Assembly (NCBI GenBank): GCA_038496445.1
Contig: JALMLS010000504.1
Span: 124,001 to 188,000 of the forward strand
Direction of reading: 5' to 3'
From: Trichosphaerium sp. ATCC 40318
Taxonomy: Eukaryota > Protista > Tubulinea
DNA length: 64,000 bases
The notes below the pieces were generated by a model. The model had not been told where the DNA came from. It ran no database searches and saw only the letters and a program-made list of their open reading frames with translations. Numbering within the stretch: position 1 is the stretch's first letter; each line of letters opens with the position of its first letter. The position numbers and the translations under genes were made by a program. Positions 11,698-25,850 of this stretch are shown here, one piece after another.

Positions 11698-13761
11698 ATG
11701 TATCCAAAGCGAAGTCAGTCCGAGGTAGATAGCAAAGGAGCTGAGAATAAACGCCATCTGAGGTAAGAGAACTGGATAAAGTCACAAAACGCTGTTTTTT
11801 AATGCATGTATTTTAGCCAAATGGATAAATACACACCGTCTGACTCTCGTACAAAGGTTAACGCAAACCTCTTTACACTGCCTAATGAGATTTTGGGCGT
11901 CATTCTCTGTTTTACTACCAAAGCACGTTATTCAGCCGCTCAGAGTTGTCACAGACTTGCCGCAATCGTTCATGATGTTATTGGGTACTACAGCGCGACG
12001 TTGAAGACGATAGATGATGCCAAGGCTTTCGCAAAGTACAAGGGCGCTCTACAACACACCAATGTAAAAGTACTCAAATCAGTGCCAAGTGAAGGCATCA
12101 AACTGCTTAAAGGCGTTCGTAGTGTCAATCTCAAGTATACCAATGTAACAGACGAAGCATTATCGTTCTTATCAGGTGTACACACCATCAACCTAAAGAG
12201 AACTCTGATAACAGACAAAGGTACTCATTCAAACTTAAACACGTGGACTGTCCGGTCTGAAAACACTCATCAGTTTAATACAACCATCTCCAATCACATT
12301 TTTCTAATTTTATTCAACGATACCATCACGTTTTTTTTAAAAGCTTATCACGTGTTAGGTTTAAAAGCGCTTAAAGGTGCTCATACAATCAATCTTCAAG
12401 GAGTGCGAAGAATTACAGATGAAGGTATAAAAGCGCTTAAAGGTGCTCATAGTATCGACCTGAGACAAACCAAAGCAACAGACAATTCAATAAAAGTATT
12501 CTCTGGGATTCACACTATTAATGTTGGTCGTACTAGAGTAACAGATGAAGGCATCAAAGCGCTTGCTGGTGTTCATACTATTGGCCTTGATAGAGCAAGG
12601 AAAGTTACAGATGAAGGTCTGAAAGCGCTTGCTGGTGTTCACACAATAGATTTTGACAACTGCAGGTGTACTATTGATGGTATAAAAGCGCTTAAAGGAG
12701 TTCACAAGATTAATTTGGCTGGAGCGGTTACAGATAAGATGCTCATGGTTCTGGCAGGTGTTCATACGATTGATCTTAGGTCTTGTTATCAATTTACAGA
12801 TGAAGGTGTAAAAGCTCTTGCTGGGGTTCACACAATTAACCTGGAAAGAACTACAGTTACAGATGAAGGTGTGATACCACTTGCTGGTGTTCATACAATT
12901 AGCCTTAATGATACCATGGTTACAGAAAGAGGTGTCAAAGCACTTGCAGGGGTTCATACAATTAGTTTAGACGGAATTTCAATAACAGATGAAGGCTTGA
13001 AAGCACTTGCGGGCGTCCATACAATCAGACTTGGAATGAATCAGGAATTTACAATTAAAGGAATGAAAGCTTTGGCAGGTGTTCATACTATACACCTTCC
13101 AGCATGTGATATTCCAGAACAGGGTGTTATATCACTGGCCGGCGTGCACAAAATCAACCTTTGGGAATCTAATATCACAGATAAAGGTCTCAAAGCTCTT
13201 TATGGAGTTCACACAATTTATCTCGGTGGCACTAATGTTACAGATGATGGTGTAAAAACACTTGCTGGTGTTCACACAATACACCTTCGTTCTACAAGAG
13301 TGACTGATGAAGGTGTAAAACCACTTGCAGGAGTCCATTTCATTGACCTGGAGTACACTGAAGTTACAGATGAAACATTAAAAGCACTTGCAGGAGTTCA
13401 TACCATTAAACTTGCCCATTCTTCCCTGATAACGGATGAAGGTATAAAAGCGTTGAGTGGTGTTCATACGATTGATCTTAAGGACACTAAAGTTACAGAT
13501 GAAGGTGTCAAAGCACTTTCAGGTGTACACACTATAGATCTAGAGAGCACTAAAGTTACAGATGAAGGTGTAAAAGCACTTGTTGGCGTCCACGAAATTT
13601 CTCTTAGATTTACAAGTGTTACAGATGAATGTGTTAATGCCCTAGCAGGTGTTCACACTATTAAAATGGGAGGAACAAAAGTGAGTGACAAAGGTATAGA
13701 AGCACTTCAGCTGGCTGGCGCATTTGTTATATCAAGTGAAAACAATGAAGGTTTCTGGTAA
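11698..13761 (+). CDS. F-box + ~23 x 22-aa LRR protein, copy 2 (intact)
   Basis: Exon 1 MYPKRSQSEVDSKGAENKRHL (11698-11762), intron 11763-11816, F-box-like LFTLPNEILGVIL, intron 12221-12358, then 21 tandem repeats to stop at 13761. Confidence 0.9.
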
Positions 13762-14214
13762 AATGTAGAGGGAATCATTTTGGTTCTATAAGATTAATTT
13801 AGGTCTTAGATAGAAGAATAAACAAACTTTTTAGAGTAATCTAAAACATTTCAGTCAAGCTAATAATATTTTTTACAATACACATTTTTAATGGTTGTAC
13901 ATGTTTTACTCCGTTACATATATTTTGATAAACTTCAGTTGACTTGTATAAATCAGCAACAACATACAAAGCTTAAACAACATGGCAAGCAGGAGCAATC
14001 ACCCACATCTCCCAAAAATCTCCTTTATAGTTTATCTTCTCCAAAAACCTTTCTTTTATTTTCTGAGTGTTCTTATATAATTATACCAAATACTTGGTGC
14101 TGTGCTAGAGCCACAAGATATTTTGTCTTTCGCCCAACATCGTCTATAGTTAGTTTTCTGCGGTTAGATAGAAGAGAGTAAAATGACAGTGATAGAACTC
14201 TATCACTTTAAACA

Positions 14215-14690
14215 GTGAAATCAGATCTTTATTATTTGTTGTTCGTTGTGTTCAAAGGTAGCAAGAGGAAAACACTTGGTTTCTCAATATCCAAATTGTC
14301 AACACTGACTTTCCAAACCTACACAGCATTTAACTATCTACTAGTTTTGGTGTTAAAAATAATCAAACCTTTACCTGAATACTAAGAGGTTTGGGTAGGT
14401 CACATGTTTGAGGATCATTTCCACATACAAACCATCTGTATTCGTAATAATATGATGTTGACTCTTGTTTCTTGTAACCCAAGCGATTGTAATGTGGATG
14501 ATCATACTTACGATTGGCGACTGTTCAATAACAAAAACGCTGCTGAAACTGTGGGCTATTGTTGTTGCACAGACAATACTAGAGCAATAGGATGGAAATG
14601 GATATTGTGATGGGGGATTTGGTGCTATCGATGACACTTGAGCTCTAGGGAAAGCATACTTGGCTCTCACTGTAATATGCAGCAACAACG
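14215..14690 (-). pseudogene. Relic of the MRH-like gene, convergent with LRR copy 2
   Basis: SIAPNPPSQYPFP and NTDGLYVEMILKHV match the + strand at 36750-37020; 14215-14380 matches 37340-37500 inverted. Confidence 0.7.
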
Positions 14691-14780
14691 TGAGCTACAA
14701 AATCAAGTTTGCCTCCAACAATAGCAATACAAAAAAAAAATGTGATTGACTAACTTTATTGTCGTGAAGTACAAGTTGTA

Positions 14781-16268
14781 TTAGTTCATAGTAATACTAC
14801 CTGTGTACGTATTACAATCGAACTGTATAGTAGCTTTGGTCCATTTACGAACAAATACACCACTATTACTTGATGTTTCATGACAAACCTCCGTTGGTGT
14901 TCCGTAGTCTACTTTTAGTTCATCTGGGAACAAGTATGGTTTTCCTCCAGCTCCTGGAGGATCGTTACCTTTTGAACAACCGCTCCAACCATATCCAAGC
15001 CATGCGTAAGGTCCTCTAACCAGCAGGAAACCTGCCAAGTCTTCATTGAACTGAGGAAGAGGAGAGACATGCTCATCTATTGTGTACTAAAACAAAAAAA
15101 AAGTCAGTGTTTTCTTATTTAGTCTAAAAGTTGTTTTACCTTGTAGTACAAAGCATTGGTATATGCTTCAGAGTCTTTGTTACATTCAGCTCTGAATGTA
15201 AGCGCACATTTTTCTTTTGTAGGCGTTGCAAAACCAGTAAACTGTTGCCAACTCCATCCACCTTTTCCAGCAATAGCAGCATGTACTTTGGCAATATTCG
15301 CTCTCCAAGTTGTATAAATCGCTGTAGTGTCGGTTTGTGTGAGACCCATATCTGCTGTACAATAGTAGTCTTCTTCAGTCGCCCCACCTTATAAAAGTCA
15401 GAAAAAAAGAAACGAATAATCCGATAAAATGCAATACCGTATTTGGAGTGATCGCAGAATCCCTGCTTTGGTTGCCATCCTTGTCTGTTTGCAGGGTAAT
15501 CTGTCCAGCCATCATCAAGATAAAATCCAGATATCTGAGGATTGCCAAGGCCTAAAAACGTTAGGAACAAATAACAACGGCTAAAAAGCCCAGAACTTGC
15601 CTGTTTCGCCAAGAATCACGTGATTTATCAAATAATCCGTTAATGTCGTATTACGATGATCCCAAAGGTATTCACCACATGGAACGCCTCCACAGTCGCA
15701 TGGGTCGGTACAAGAACCATCTCCGTGAGGATGTTGAGGTGTTTGATCTTGATCATGATAAAACTCTGTACAAAGAGGAGGATCGTAGTTTTTGTCGCAT
15801 TGAGGCACGTGATAATTATTTTTACCAGAGAACTTTAAAAACCACCCAACGTAAGCAGAGTCCGTTATCTTTGTGCGTACATTCGTATACCAAGGAAGCG
15901 CTGATCACGTGCGTTAGTAAAAAGGCAAGTAAAAAAGAAATTAAACCGACGTTACCTTTGACAAGGTTTCTGTACACGAAAACTTTTGTTTTCGGATTAA
16001 CGGCCTTTACAAGTTTCACTTGTTCCACCAGTAGCTCCTCACAGTTCATTGGTTTTGCGTTAGCCCATAACTGCTTCGCATTACTCCAATCAAAATCAGC
16101 AATACCGAACTGAGCAGCAAACTTGGCATCGAAGAAGCCAGAGTCATTACAAGGCATAAATATAGTCGACATTTGCATATCATAAGTTGGCGTCCAGTTT
16201 GGCGTTGTACCGCAGTACCCCAACGCCAATAAGGCGATGAATACTGCTAGAGATGCGTCGTGTATCAT
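14781..16268 (-). CDS. Secreted uncharacterised protein, putative glycoside-hydrolase-like
   Basis: Signal peptide; spliced ORF WTPTYDMQMSTIFMPCNDSG...VFVYRNLVK|ALPWY...GFYLDDGW...FLLVRGPYAWLGYGW...FVRKWTKATIQFDCN. Family assignment is tentative. Confidence 0.7.
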
Positions 16269-16570
16269 ATGTTGGTTTGGGTAATGGCTACTTATTTCAA
16301 TGTGCACCGGCTGGAACAAGGAATATTACTTCACCTTTTAACTTGTTTTTTTTTTCCGAGTTCTCATCCAAACGCGCCAATACAAGGGTAGCTAACTTGA
16401 TGCGCCTATCCACTATCTTAATATGCCGAATTATGAGCTATTTACGTGTGAGAATATCTTTTAACCGTCGGCTAAGATGACCGAAATCAGAATTTTTTGC
16501 GAAATTAACGTCTGCATCTTCAGAGTTACATTTTAACAAGTATCTTTGTACAATACATCTTTTATTATTA

Positions 16571-19500
16571 TTAGACAGTGAGAGAGTTACAAACATCTTC
16601 CATTGAAGGCCTTTCATCTGGGTCTATCTGCCAACATTTCTCCATCACAGCCATGTATTTCTTGGGTGTCAAGTCTTCATTGACCGCAGGTGTAACACCT
16701 TTATCTCTGATACGAACTGCCAAATTTAACATATCGTCTCCAACCTCTGACCAAGGCTCTGTCTCATGAAAAACTTCAAACTATAGCCACAAATGTAAGC
16801 AAACAATATCTCTCAAAGGTGCACGTGACAAAAGGGTCGTACAAGGAAACTAGCAAATGACCAAACATCTGATTTTGGAGAATATTTCTTTTTCATGTTC
16901 TCTGGTGCCATCCATCTATAACATTATTAATATCAGTCTCTTGTGTTCTAATATAGTATAATATACCGTATTGGACCGATGGAGCTTTTTGTTTTGGCAT
17001 AGTTTGTCTCGTCAGTGCCAAGGAGTCTTGACATACCGAAATCACTTATTTTTGGTGTGTTTGATTTGTCTAGCAACACGTTTCGCGCTGCCAGGTCTCT
17101 ATAGTATCATATTAGTAATTTTATTGTCTAGTGGTTATCAACATTACCTGTGTATGATGCCTTCTTTGTGTAAGTGATGAAGACCCTTTGCAACACCCAA
17201 TATGATTTTTTCTTTTTGTTTCATTGATAGTTTTGAAGAATCTGAGAAAAGAAGAGTGTCCAAAGATCCACCTATTAAAAAGTACGGTTACATAAAACGA
17301 TCAAGTCAAGTAAAGCAAAAAGTAAACGAACCAGCCATGAATTCCATTACTAGCAAGTAAATCATATCATCTTTGACACTCACACCAAACACCTAAAAAT
17401 ATAAGAAAAAAGAAAGAAAAAGCAACGATATTTTTTCAGTACCTGCACGACATTGTTATGAGGTCTCAACTCAACCATAAGTTTGGCTTCTGCAACAAAG
17501 CTTTCTGTAGCAGCAACATCCGAACAAAATTTTATAGCAACACTATTGAATCGCCAAGTTCCTTTCCTCACAACTCCATAACTTCCAGCTCCTATTCTTT
17601 TTCCAAGTTTTAATTCATCATAATCGATTAACCACGTGTGGTCCATGTTGTTATGCAACGCTTTTTCCAAGCCTTGACTATCTAAGTTCAATGTTAGACT
17701 ATATTTATTTTATGCAATAAAAGTACCACTACTGAGAATCTCGACAGGACCGTAAACTGAGTCGCCTACCAATCCAATAATTAGTTCAGAAAAAAATAGG
17801 AAAAAAAAAAGTTTACAACAAACCTTTGTCATTAGAATCATTAACACGTGGATCTAATGAAATTAGCTAGATTTATGTATCTCTTACTTACTTATTGGTT
17901 GGGTATCCATTGTAGTCTCTCCGTAATTTGTTTCTGACTTAACACGTGTTTCTAAAACCAATATAAACTTAGGGCTTTGATCTAGAAATCATACCAGGTA
18001 AATTATGTGATGTTGATTCCGTCTTTTTCTTCTAATAAAAACGGTTATTCCATGAAATTAGACATGAGGCACAAACCTTTCGTTTTCTGAGCCAATATAT
18101 TAACACTACAACTACGCATACACCTAAAATGACTCCAATAACAACAATAATGGCGATTAGTGCTGTTACTACTCCGGCTAGCCCTCCACCTTCCATACTG
18201 TCTGTAGATGTATCTCCTTCGACAGGCGCGAGCGTAGGCGGAAGTGTTGGAAGGGCGCAAGCATTGCAGGGTTGCAATACCACCGCTCCAGATGTATTCT
18301 GTTCGATATTACAACATACTCCGTTACCTTTAAACTGTGAGACAAGTAGGTACTATCATATCTCGTTGCAACGTACGCATATCATTCACAGGCTCTAGTA
18401 TCATAACAGTTAATACCAAGGTGTCTGCATTTTTCTCGTCTACCATCACATCTGCAATTTGATCGGAATGGCCGCGAACTTGCATGGCTATTCGTTCTCC
18501 AATAACTTGGAGGGTCTCAGAACGATTTTCACTAATGGTAACCTCATAAATGAATTCTAGTAAATATTTAGACGCTAAAATCACGTGCGGCATACCCTTG
18601 AAAACACATTGTGAAACACTTAAAAATGTGTTTTGGTTGGCTTTAATAGTGCGAGTAGCTCCTTGCTCTACCACTGGTTGTGCCATTCCATCTCTAGTTA
18701 TGGTATAGAACTAATACATGCATTAGATTTTCTATAAATTGCATGTGGTAAAGACATGCAGTGCCAGTTCGATCAAGTAGAATCATAGTATCACTTGGTT
18801 CTATAAGTGTCTAAATAGTTTATTTCGTCAGTAGTCGTATTTTTAGACAAATGTTAAACGTACAACTATATCAGCACATGGTCTAGCCATTGTGGCTTCG
18901 CGACTAAAATCTCCTGTTCCTTGTCTTTGGTATAACCCTGCATCAGTTTCCGAGCACGCCCATACATCACCTTAATATTAAATCATTAACAAAATCCTTT
19001 CTCAGAAACAAAGATAAGCGGGCGCTTCATCGCCTCTTTAACATACCTGAGTTAATTTCAGTGACTTTATACGGCCCCGCATTCGTAGAAGGCACAACAA
19101 TACGTCCAAATGGTATGGTAAGAGAACTATCATATCTCTAGATATTTGTAAGTGGCTGATGAAGAAAAAAAAACAAAGTTGTAATTACATAAAGCTGTTC
19201 GTCTGCAACTACAAGTAACAGATTAAGACTAAGTGAATCCTCATTGCTTAATGTAATATCCAGAGATGTATTACGAGATGGTTGGTTAGGAGGAAATTGC
19301 ACTTTAACACATTCTTCATTGCCACCTGGCGCGATAAATTGACCTGCAGCAAAGCCACAAAGATACCATTCGTTAATAGGAGGACCATTATAACACAGAT
19401 ACGCAAAGTCGAAGTCTTCGTTGCCAGACAAAGCTACAACTTCGCACCTTAGGCATCCGTTAACATTATTTGTGTAAATAGTACGTACGAGCGTAAGTTA

Positions 19501-19962
19501 TTTCGATTGGTAAGTGCTTCAGGCATTTTTACATTGTATTGGTATCCCACTGAACCGAATGTTTTAACGAAAAGGTTGTCTGCTGACCTAAAGGCTTAAA
19601 TTTTATACACATAACACGAGCACGTGCTCATTTATCAAGTTGTCTCTTTAAAATAATTAGTTCTCACCCATACATTCCAGCTATTGTCTGGTTTTTGTCG
19701 TCATCTTCTGTTTTTAATAGGTCCAGTATTATACATGCGTCTGTAACCAAACTATCAGTACTATCAATAATACAAGCTTCTATTTCCTGTTCACAGGCTC
19801 CCAAGCATTCAGTTCCGTCAAAAGTATTGCTAGCTTATATTTGCTTTAAAAAAACGTGTATTTCACTCAAACGCTACCTGTATAAGTGCAGTACTCCTGA
19901 TTTCTCACCAAATGAATATAATACACGCTAATTAAAGCTAAAACAGCGAATACCGCTCGCAT
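16571..19962 (-). CDS. Single-pass receptor kinase with tyrosine-kinase-type catalytic motifs
   Basis: Signal peptide [12 protein letters not shown]; Cys-containing ectodomain; TM at ~18080-18170 followed by RKRK; GAGSYG, VAIK, HRDLAARN, DFGMSR, PIRWMAPE. Confidence 0.85.
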
Positions 19963-20188
19963 CGGTGCCACGTTTTATTCAAACTTGTTGGTGTAGAAAA
20001 CTCACCAAATTTGGGTTAACGACAACACTAATTTCCCGGTCTTATCACGACGTTACTCACAGCGAAATAGTAGACTTCATGTGTTGTTTTTACGGATTGG
20101 TAAAGTGAAAACACAACACGAAGCTCCCCGGTACAAATATAGCACAGCCAGCGCACCACTCAAAAATGAAGAGCGTGGTTGCTTGAGT

Positions 20189-23100
20189 TTATTTTTTGAA
20201 AAAGGGTCGTCTGGGAGATAGTTGGGGAAGAAGTCTTAGTTGTTTCCAAATAGCAGAAAACGATGGCCTCATATCTGGTTGTTTGGACCAACACGCTTGT
20301 AAAATATCAACCACAGATTTATCTACATCTTGTGGTATCTCAGGCCTGTTTCCTTCAAGAACATGACTTCTTATTTGAAATTGAGTCAGACCTATAAACA
20401 CAATAAGCAAGCAATCCACTTTTCTCCACTTCGTAGATTTGTGAGAATAATTTAACCGTATCCCTTACCCGGATAAATCGGTTGGCCAACTACCACTTCC
20501 CACATGACAACACCGAAACTATCACGTGATGAGATATTTCCAATTAGAGAAATATGTATTGAGGGTAGGTACCTATACACATCACTTTGTTTAGAAACTC
20601 CGCTGTTTGTTATCACTTCAGGTGCCATCTAAGTACACGCATTATGTTTGGGTAGTCTTAGAGTGTCCTTTATGTTACCCAATGTGTTGATCCTATGATG
20701 CCATCTGTTGGTTTTCTTGTAGTATTGCTCAGTCCAAAATCGCATATTTTTGTGATTGTACAATCTCTTGATAGAAGCAAGTTGAGGCTCTTTAAATCAG
20801 CATGAACGAAGCCTTGCCGTAAAAATTATCATCTTATAGTTTGGATGATATCTATCCTCACGTACCCCGCCTATGTATGTGATTCATACCCTTCGTTGTA
20901 TCTAATAGAATATTTATCTTTTCCTTTGCGGAAAGCTCAGTCTAATGCAAGGTGTTAAAAAGGCAATTCACTTCAAACAACGTACTTTATTTTGATGAAC
21001 TCTTGAGTACAGGCTACCGCCTTCCATGTATTCCATCACTATCCCAAATTCAGGAAGCTCAATAACAGCTGCCATCAACAACACTATATTTGGATGCTGA
21101 ACCTGACTGTTAAGAACATAATTAGTAACAAAGTGACTAGCGCTTGATACCTTAAAATAGTGATTTCTCGTCTAAATTCATCTAAATTATCTTCGTGACT
21201 CTGTTTCCATACTTTTACGGCGACCAAGTCAGGTCCCCAATTCGCCTTGCAACTGTGAGTATCCAGGAATATATTTTTTTCATGTACCTTGTAAAGAATT
21301 GCACCTGAGCCTCCGGAACTGACTCTTTCCATTGAAGTGAAATCGCTTTTTTTAAGCTCTGAAATACCAAATTGATTATCAGTCACAACATACTTTGATG
21401 GAGTTTTAATGATAATAAACCTATCAGAATCACCTAAATACACCTTAATTAAGCCAAAATAAGAGTCTATCAAAATACCTTCAGCTGTAAACATTGCAAT
21501 AGTATTAACACTTCGATCTGTTGGTATTTTTATTTTAACTTCAACTGTCGCTTGCTGTAACAATCATTAAGGAGTACTCGTGTTTCATGACTTATAACTT
21601 ACTGGGACAACATTCCCTTGTCTTGGTTGTATTCGTATCCATGGCATAGATGTGTCAACTTGAATAAAGAATTGTCGCTTTCTCTTAGATGGATTGTGTA
21701 TTGTCAGAGAAGAAACAAAGTATCCACAATAAACTGTGAATTCTGGTTGTCTCGTCGAAAGTTGGAATGGCGCTGACGACGAAAAAAGTCTTGTTAAAAT
21801 ATTTGTAGTGCCTAAGCAATTAATTAATCACCACGATGGATAATAACCGAGTACTTTTTTTTTCAAGCATCGACTCAGCTCTACAAGAAAAAAAATAATT
21901 AGGGTACCGAACTAAGAAAATAATAAGAAAGTATTTAATTACCTCTCCAGAAAACTAGACATGTGCTGGTATGGTGAGTTCGTGATCAAGTTATTCAATT
22001 GAGATTGCATAGCATCTTTATTACTCTCAGAAAACCCCAACATTTCATTGAGTCTCCAATCGTCAATAGCAAACGAGCAACATCCACCAGCAGCTATAAT
22101 ATCGATAGCTCTAGAGATTCATTAAAAACGACATCGTATGGAGGTGTTTTGAGTACCTATCCTCAAGTCCTTCAACGAACATAGGTGAGCTCCGTATTTT
22201 TGTATCCCCCATACCCAAACACCCGTATTTATTGGAACCCCAAGTATATACACAAGCCGTTGCTAAAAAATCAACTTTTAGAACCCAAAAAAAAATAAAA
22301 AAATAGAGATTACCAGTCAACGCTACAGTGTGATAAGCTCCACATGCAATTTTGATAACCGTTTCTCCTACCAAGCCTTTTACATGTTTTGGTGCTGGAA
22401 CAGCGTTTTCCTTGACACCATGTCCAAGTGAACCTGAAAAAATATAAAAACCTCCTTACCAACATTCCTTTTTTTGGCTTACCGTAGAACCCAAGACCGA
22501 ATGTATAAACCTTTCCACCTTCTTATGTTAGAATAACAATGAATTTATTTAGGTGATTAAACGCTTACCAGCAATACCAACAATATGCTGCGCTCCTGAA
22601 CTGATAGCAGTAAATCTCTCTTTTATATCTTTAGACACATGAAACATTTTTACACGGTTAGCTGGAGTATGCTCAACATTACGTCTATACGCTACAAGTC
22701 CAATCGCTTGAGCTAACTTGAAAGCAGCGGATTCTTTTGCTAGAGAAAAAAAGGGTTTAGATGGCATACAAAGGTCAGAGTTCCTCTGACAACGTACCTA
22801 GCGTTCCCAAGTTAAGCAAAAAAACCTCACCCTTTCCTTTTGACTTGTTAGTACTTTTTTTCGTTCTGTATTGTTAGTACTCACTGCTGAGAAGGACCAA
22901 TGCTTCATCAGTGAAACTAGCGTCTTTTATATTCTTTGCTACTTGGACACGTTTTGTGGAGTTTTCAGTTGCTCCCCATACATACACTGTATCATCTCCT
23001 TTTAACAAAAAGTAAGTGTTTTCTGCACTAACACTGTACATGCAACGAAAAATATAGGCTTACTTGTTATAGCGCATGAGTGTACTGTACCAGCAACCAT

Positions 23101-24084
23101 ATCTCTAATCTTTACACCGCCAATAGTATTTGTAATACGTTCAGGAGCCAAAACAATATCTGGATATCTAGCCTCAATTTGACATTTGTTATTGTTTCCC
23201 CACGCCCATACTGTGAACTCTTCTTTTGAAGTATCAGAGTATGCTATCGTGTGATCCTTCCCACATGAAATTACTTATTCAATAGTGTTATGTAATATCA
23301 TAATAAGGAGTAGTTTTATTCACCTTTTATTTTAATATGATCCAATCTGCTGATATGAAAAGGTTGACGTCTATCAACTTCATCGCCTGTACCGAGCTGA
23401 ATTATTAGGTACAGTTTAATCACTGCGTGAATACCTTTCCATACCTTCCTTGTCCCCAACAGAAAACTCTGTCGTCATCTAATAATAATAATCAAAAAAC
23501 ATAAACGACTGTTGGCATCACGTGGCCTTATTTGATAAAAAAAGATCTAAACGATTTTCTGTACCCAGTATCGCTGCTGCGTGAAAGTAACCGCAAAAAA
23601 CTTTCTTAACACTCGATGTAAAAGATAATAAACGTGGTACTAATGTCCCCTGAGTAGTCTCTCCAGCTTGGTACCCTCCCCATGCGTATAACTTGGCAAC
23701 TAAGTAAAAAATACTGTCAATACCCAAAATAATTTACTTCCTTCTAAAAACAGAATAAAAAAGCACGTGCCACGTCCAGTACTACTACCCGTAATACTCG
23801 AAGACTATTTATCGATAGATGTAAATAAAATAGTAGAATAGGTAAAATACACTATACCTGTGGCTTATCGCCTGAAGAAGCCGATCCCGAACTGTGTTGA
23901 AGGTCAATATTCAAACTTTTGCGGTAAAAAATTAAATTGCCTGATAGTACCCTTCTTTTGATGCTATGGCATCCATTGACGCACTACTAGGCGTCTAAAA
24001 GCATAATAATAAATATGGACGGTATTTATCGGTTAGTATTACGCGTACATCGACAAGAAGCCAGTCAATCTCTACGTTAGCCAT
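20189..24084 (-). CDS. RCC1-repeat + TKL-group protein kinase
   Basis: Several RCC1 repeats (KIACGAYHTVALT, VYTWGSNKYGCLG, VFCGYFHAAA); kinase VAVK, HADLKSLNLL, DFG, WMAPE, CWSKQPDMRPSF. Confidence 0.85.
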
Positions 24085-24727
24085 TCAAAAGTGGTTCATT
24101 GTTATCGAGATTTACAAAAAAGATCCCCAAAAAGAGATTATTGGCAGTCAAAATCAATCTCTATCTGAATCAGATTTACAGCTGTCTGTCCTTTATTACT
24201 CTTCGCTAAAACATTAAATTAGAACAATATAATGCCGTAAAATGATGGGCTTAGCCATTTGAAGTTATCTACAGTTTCATAATTTTTTAAGAATCATCAA
24301 AGAACCAATACAAAACTAATAACCTGTCAATGTGAGTCCTAATCTCAACCTCTAATAAGATAAAAAACGATAAAACTTGGACCTATTTATTATTTACTTG
24401 TAAGAAAAGTGTTGACAAACCTTTACAATAAATATCAGAAACAGTAATCAACAGAAAAGCAAATCAAGCAATCAAGCTCAAACGGGTAATGGAACGAGCA
24501 AGGAGGAACAGAGAGGAATATCTAATCAACGAATACACATACCAAAACTTGTAGAGAGTAGAGAGGACGTTTCCCAAGCTAAGGCTTGTGTTGTACTATA
24601 AATAAATGTAACACGAAGTGTGCTCGACTACAGTAAAACATAGTCAAATATTCCAAACAACAATATCAGAAACACTATATTAATGCCATAGTGTAATGAG
24701 GGTAAGGTAGTCAAGAGTTGTTGTAGT

Positions 24728-25850
24728 GTTTACTTTACTTTACTTTACTTTTATTCCGGTCAAGTTTCTTATTGACGGTTCTTTACAAGTATGTTTTACA
24801 ACGTGTTTGTCTTCCCATCATCTTCCCCTTGTCGCCAGGGCCCCTATTCGGGACTCACATAAAGTTAGCCCATGAAAGATCATCGACCAAGGTAAACCAG
24901 ACTGTGTAGAATACCTGCCCAGCTCGGACCGCGCACTAGCTTCGTATGGTTGCGTCGCTAGTCTGTGTTAGTGTTAGTAAGGGTTTTATATTTTTCATGG
25001 AAGAGGTTGTTTCTTTTATCGTAGATGCGCTTGTGTCCGTTGACTATAAGGAGTTGGAGTTGTTTGAGTTTGTCTTTGGTGTATTTTTGGTCGTATCCTG
25101 CGTTTGTGCACACGTTTATGGTAACGTTTGCTATGTACGCTCCTGTGTATGTTTCTTTGGGGTATTTAGTTTTCTTTGCTTTTTTGTTTTTTCTTGCTTT
25201 GGTTTTATGTAGGTTCTTCTTGATGAATTTACTGATTTCTTTTGCATTTTCTGTTCTGATATCACTGGTGGCTTTGCAGTGGTTTATTATATGATTGGTA
25301 TCCTCTTTTGGGTGTCCGCAGAGTATGCAGCTAGGTTCTTTGTATTTTTCGTTGAATTCTTTCGTGTTGTGTGGGCCTGGCTTTGTTTAGTGCGTATCTC
25401 CCACTAAGGTTATTATTTCTTAGTTTGAATTGGAAGCACGCGATTGTGTCCATAAGTGGAATTTTATTGTATACTATTTGGTTGGATATCTTGTGGCTAA
25501 TTTGGTTTAGGTAGGGGTATTTCCGTTCCATGTCTCTTTTGTGTTCACGATTGGTGGCTTCTTTGATGTATTTCCTGACATTCCCTTTGATGATTTTGTT
25601 TTCGTGGTTGTATAGCGTGTATTTAAAAGCTATTCTTCTTTTTGGCATGTTTGGTTTGTTTAGTAACGTTCCCTCTTTGGCCAAGGTATCTGCCTCCTCG
25701 TTACCATCCAGAATCCATTCTATGTTTTTCCCAAACTGTTTTTCGAGGTTTTTGAGTTCTTTGTTGAGTAATTTGAGTTTTTTCGGTTTGTTTGCGTATT
25801 TGGTTTGTTTTTCTAGTGTTGTATACTCTTTATTATGGTCTTAAGGACCG
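24728..25850 (-). mobile_element. 5'-truncated non-LTR retrotransposon (LINE) remnant with RNase H end, CCHC knuckle and (GTAAA)n tail
   Basis: Minus strand encodes GNEEADTLAKEG (RNase H) and, after a frameshift, CILCGHPKEDTNHIINHC; intronless and strongly A-rich on sense; ends AATAAA + (GTAAA)4 at 24728-24755. Confidence 0.85.

Noticed and set aside
12487-13338. Antisense ORFs over the LRR genes (also 1735-2776 and 39265-40616)
   Set aside because: Shadow frames produced by the repetitive sense coding sequence.
12360-13700. Regular 66-bp repeats with variable segments resembling a CRISPR array
   Set aside because: They are in-frame LRR coding units in a eukaryotic gene; no cas genes or non-coding spacers.
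11806-13761. 651-aa single-exon ORF for LRR copy 2
   Set aside because: 12221-12358 is a 138-nt GT-AG intron that is open by chance; the equivalent introns in copies 1 and 3 are 131 and 139 nt, and the true start is probably 11698.
24946-25844. Hydrophobic plus-strand ORFs resembling membrane proteins
   Set aside because: T-rich antisense of the A-rich LINE coding strand.
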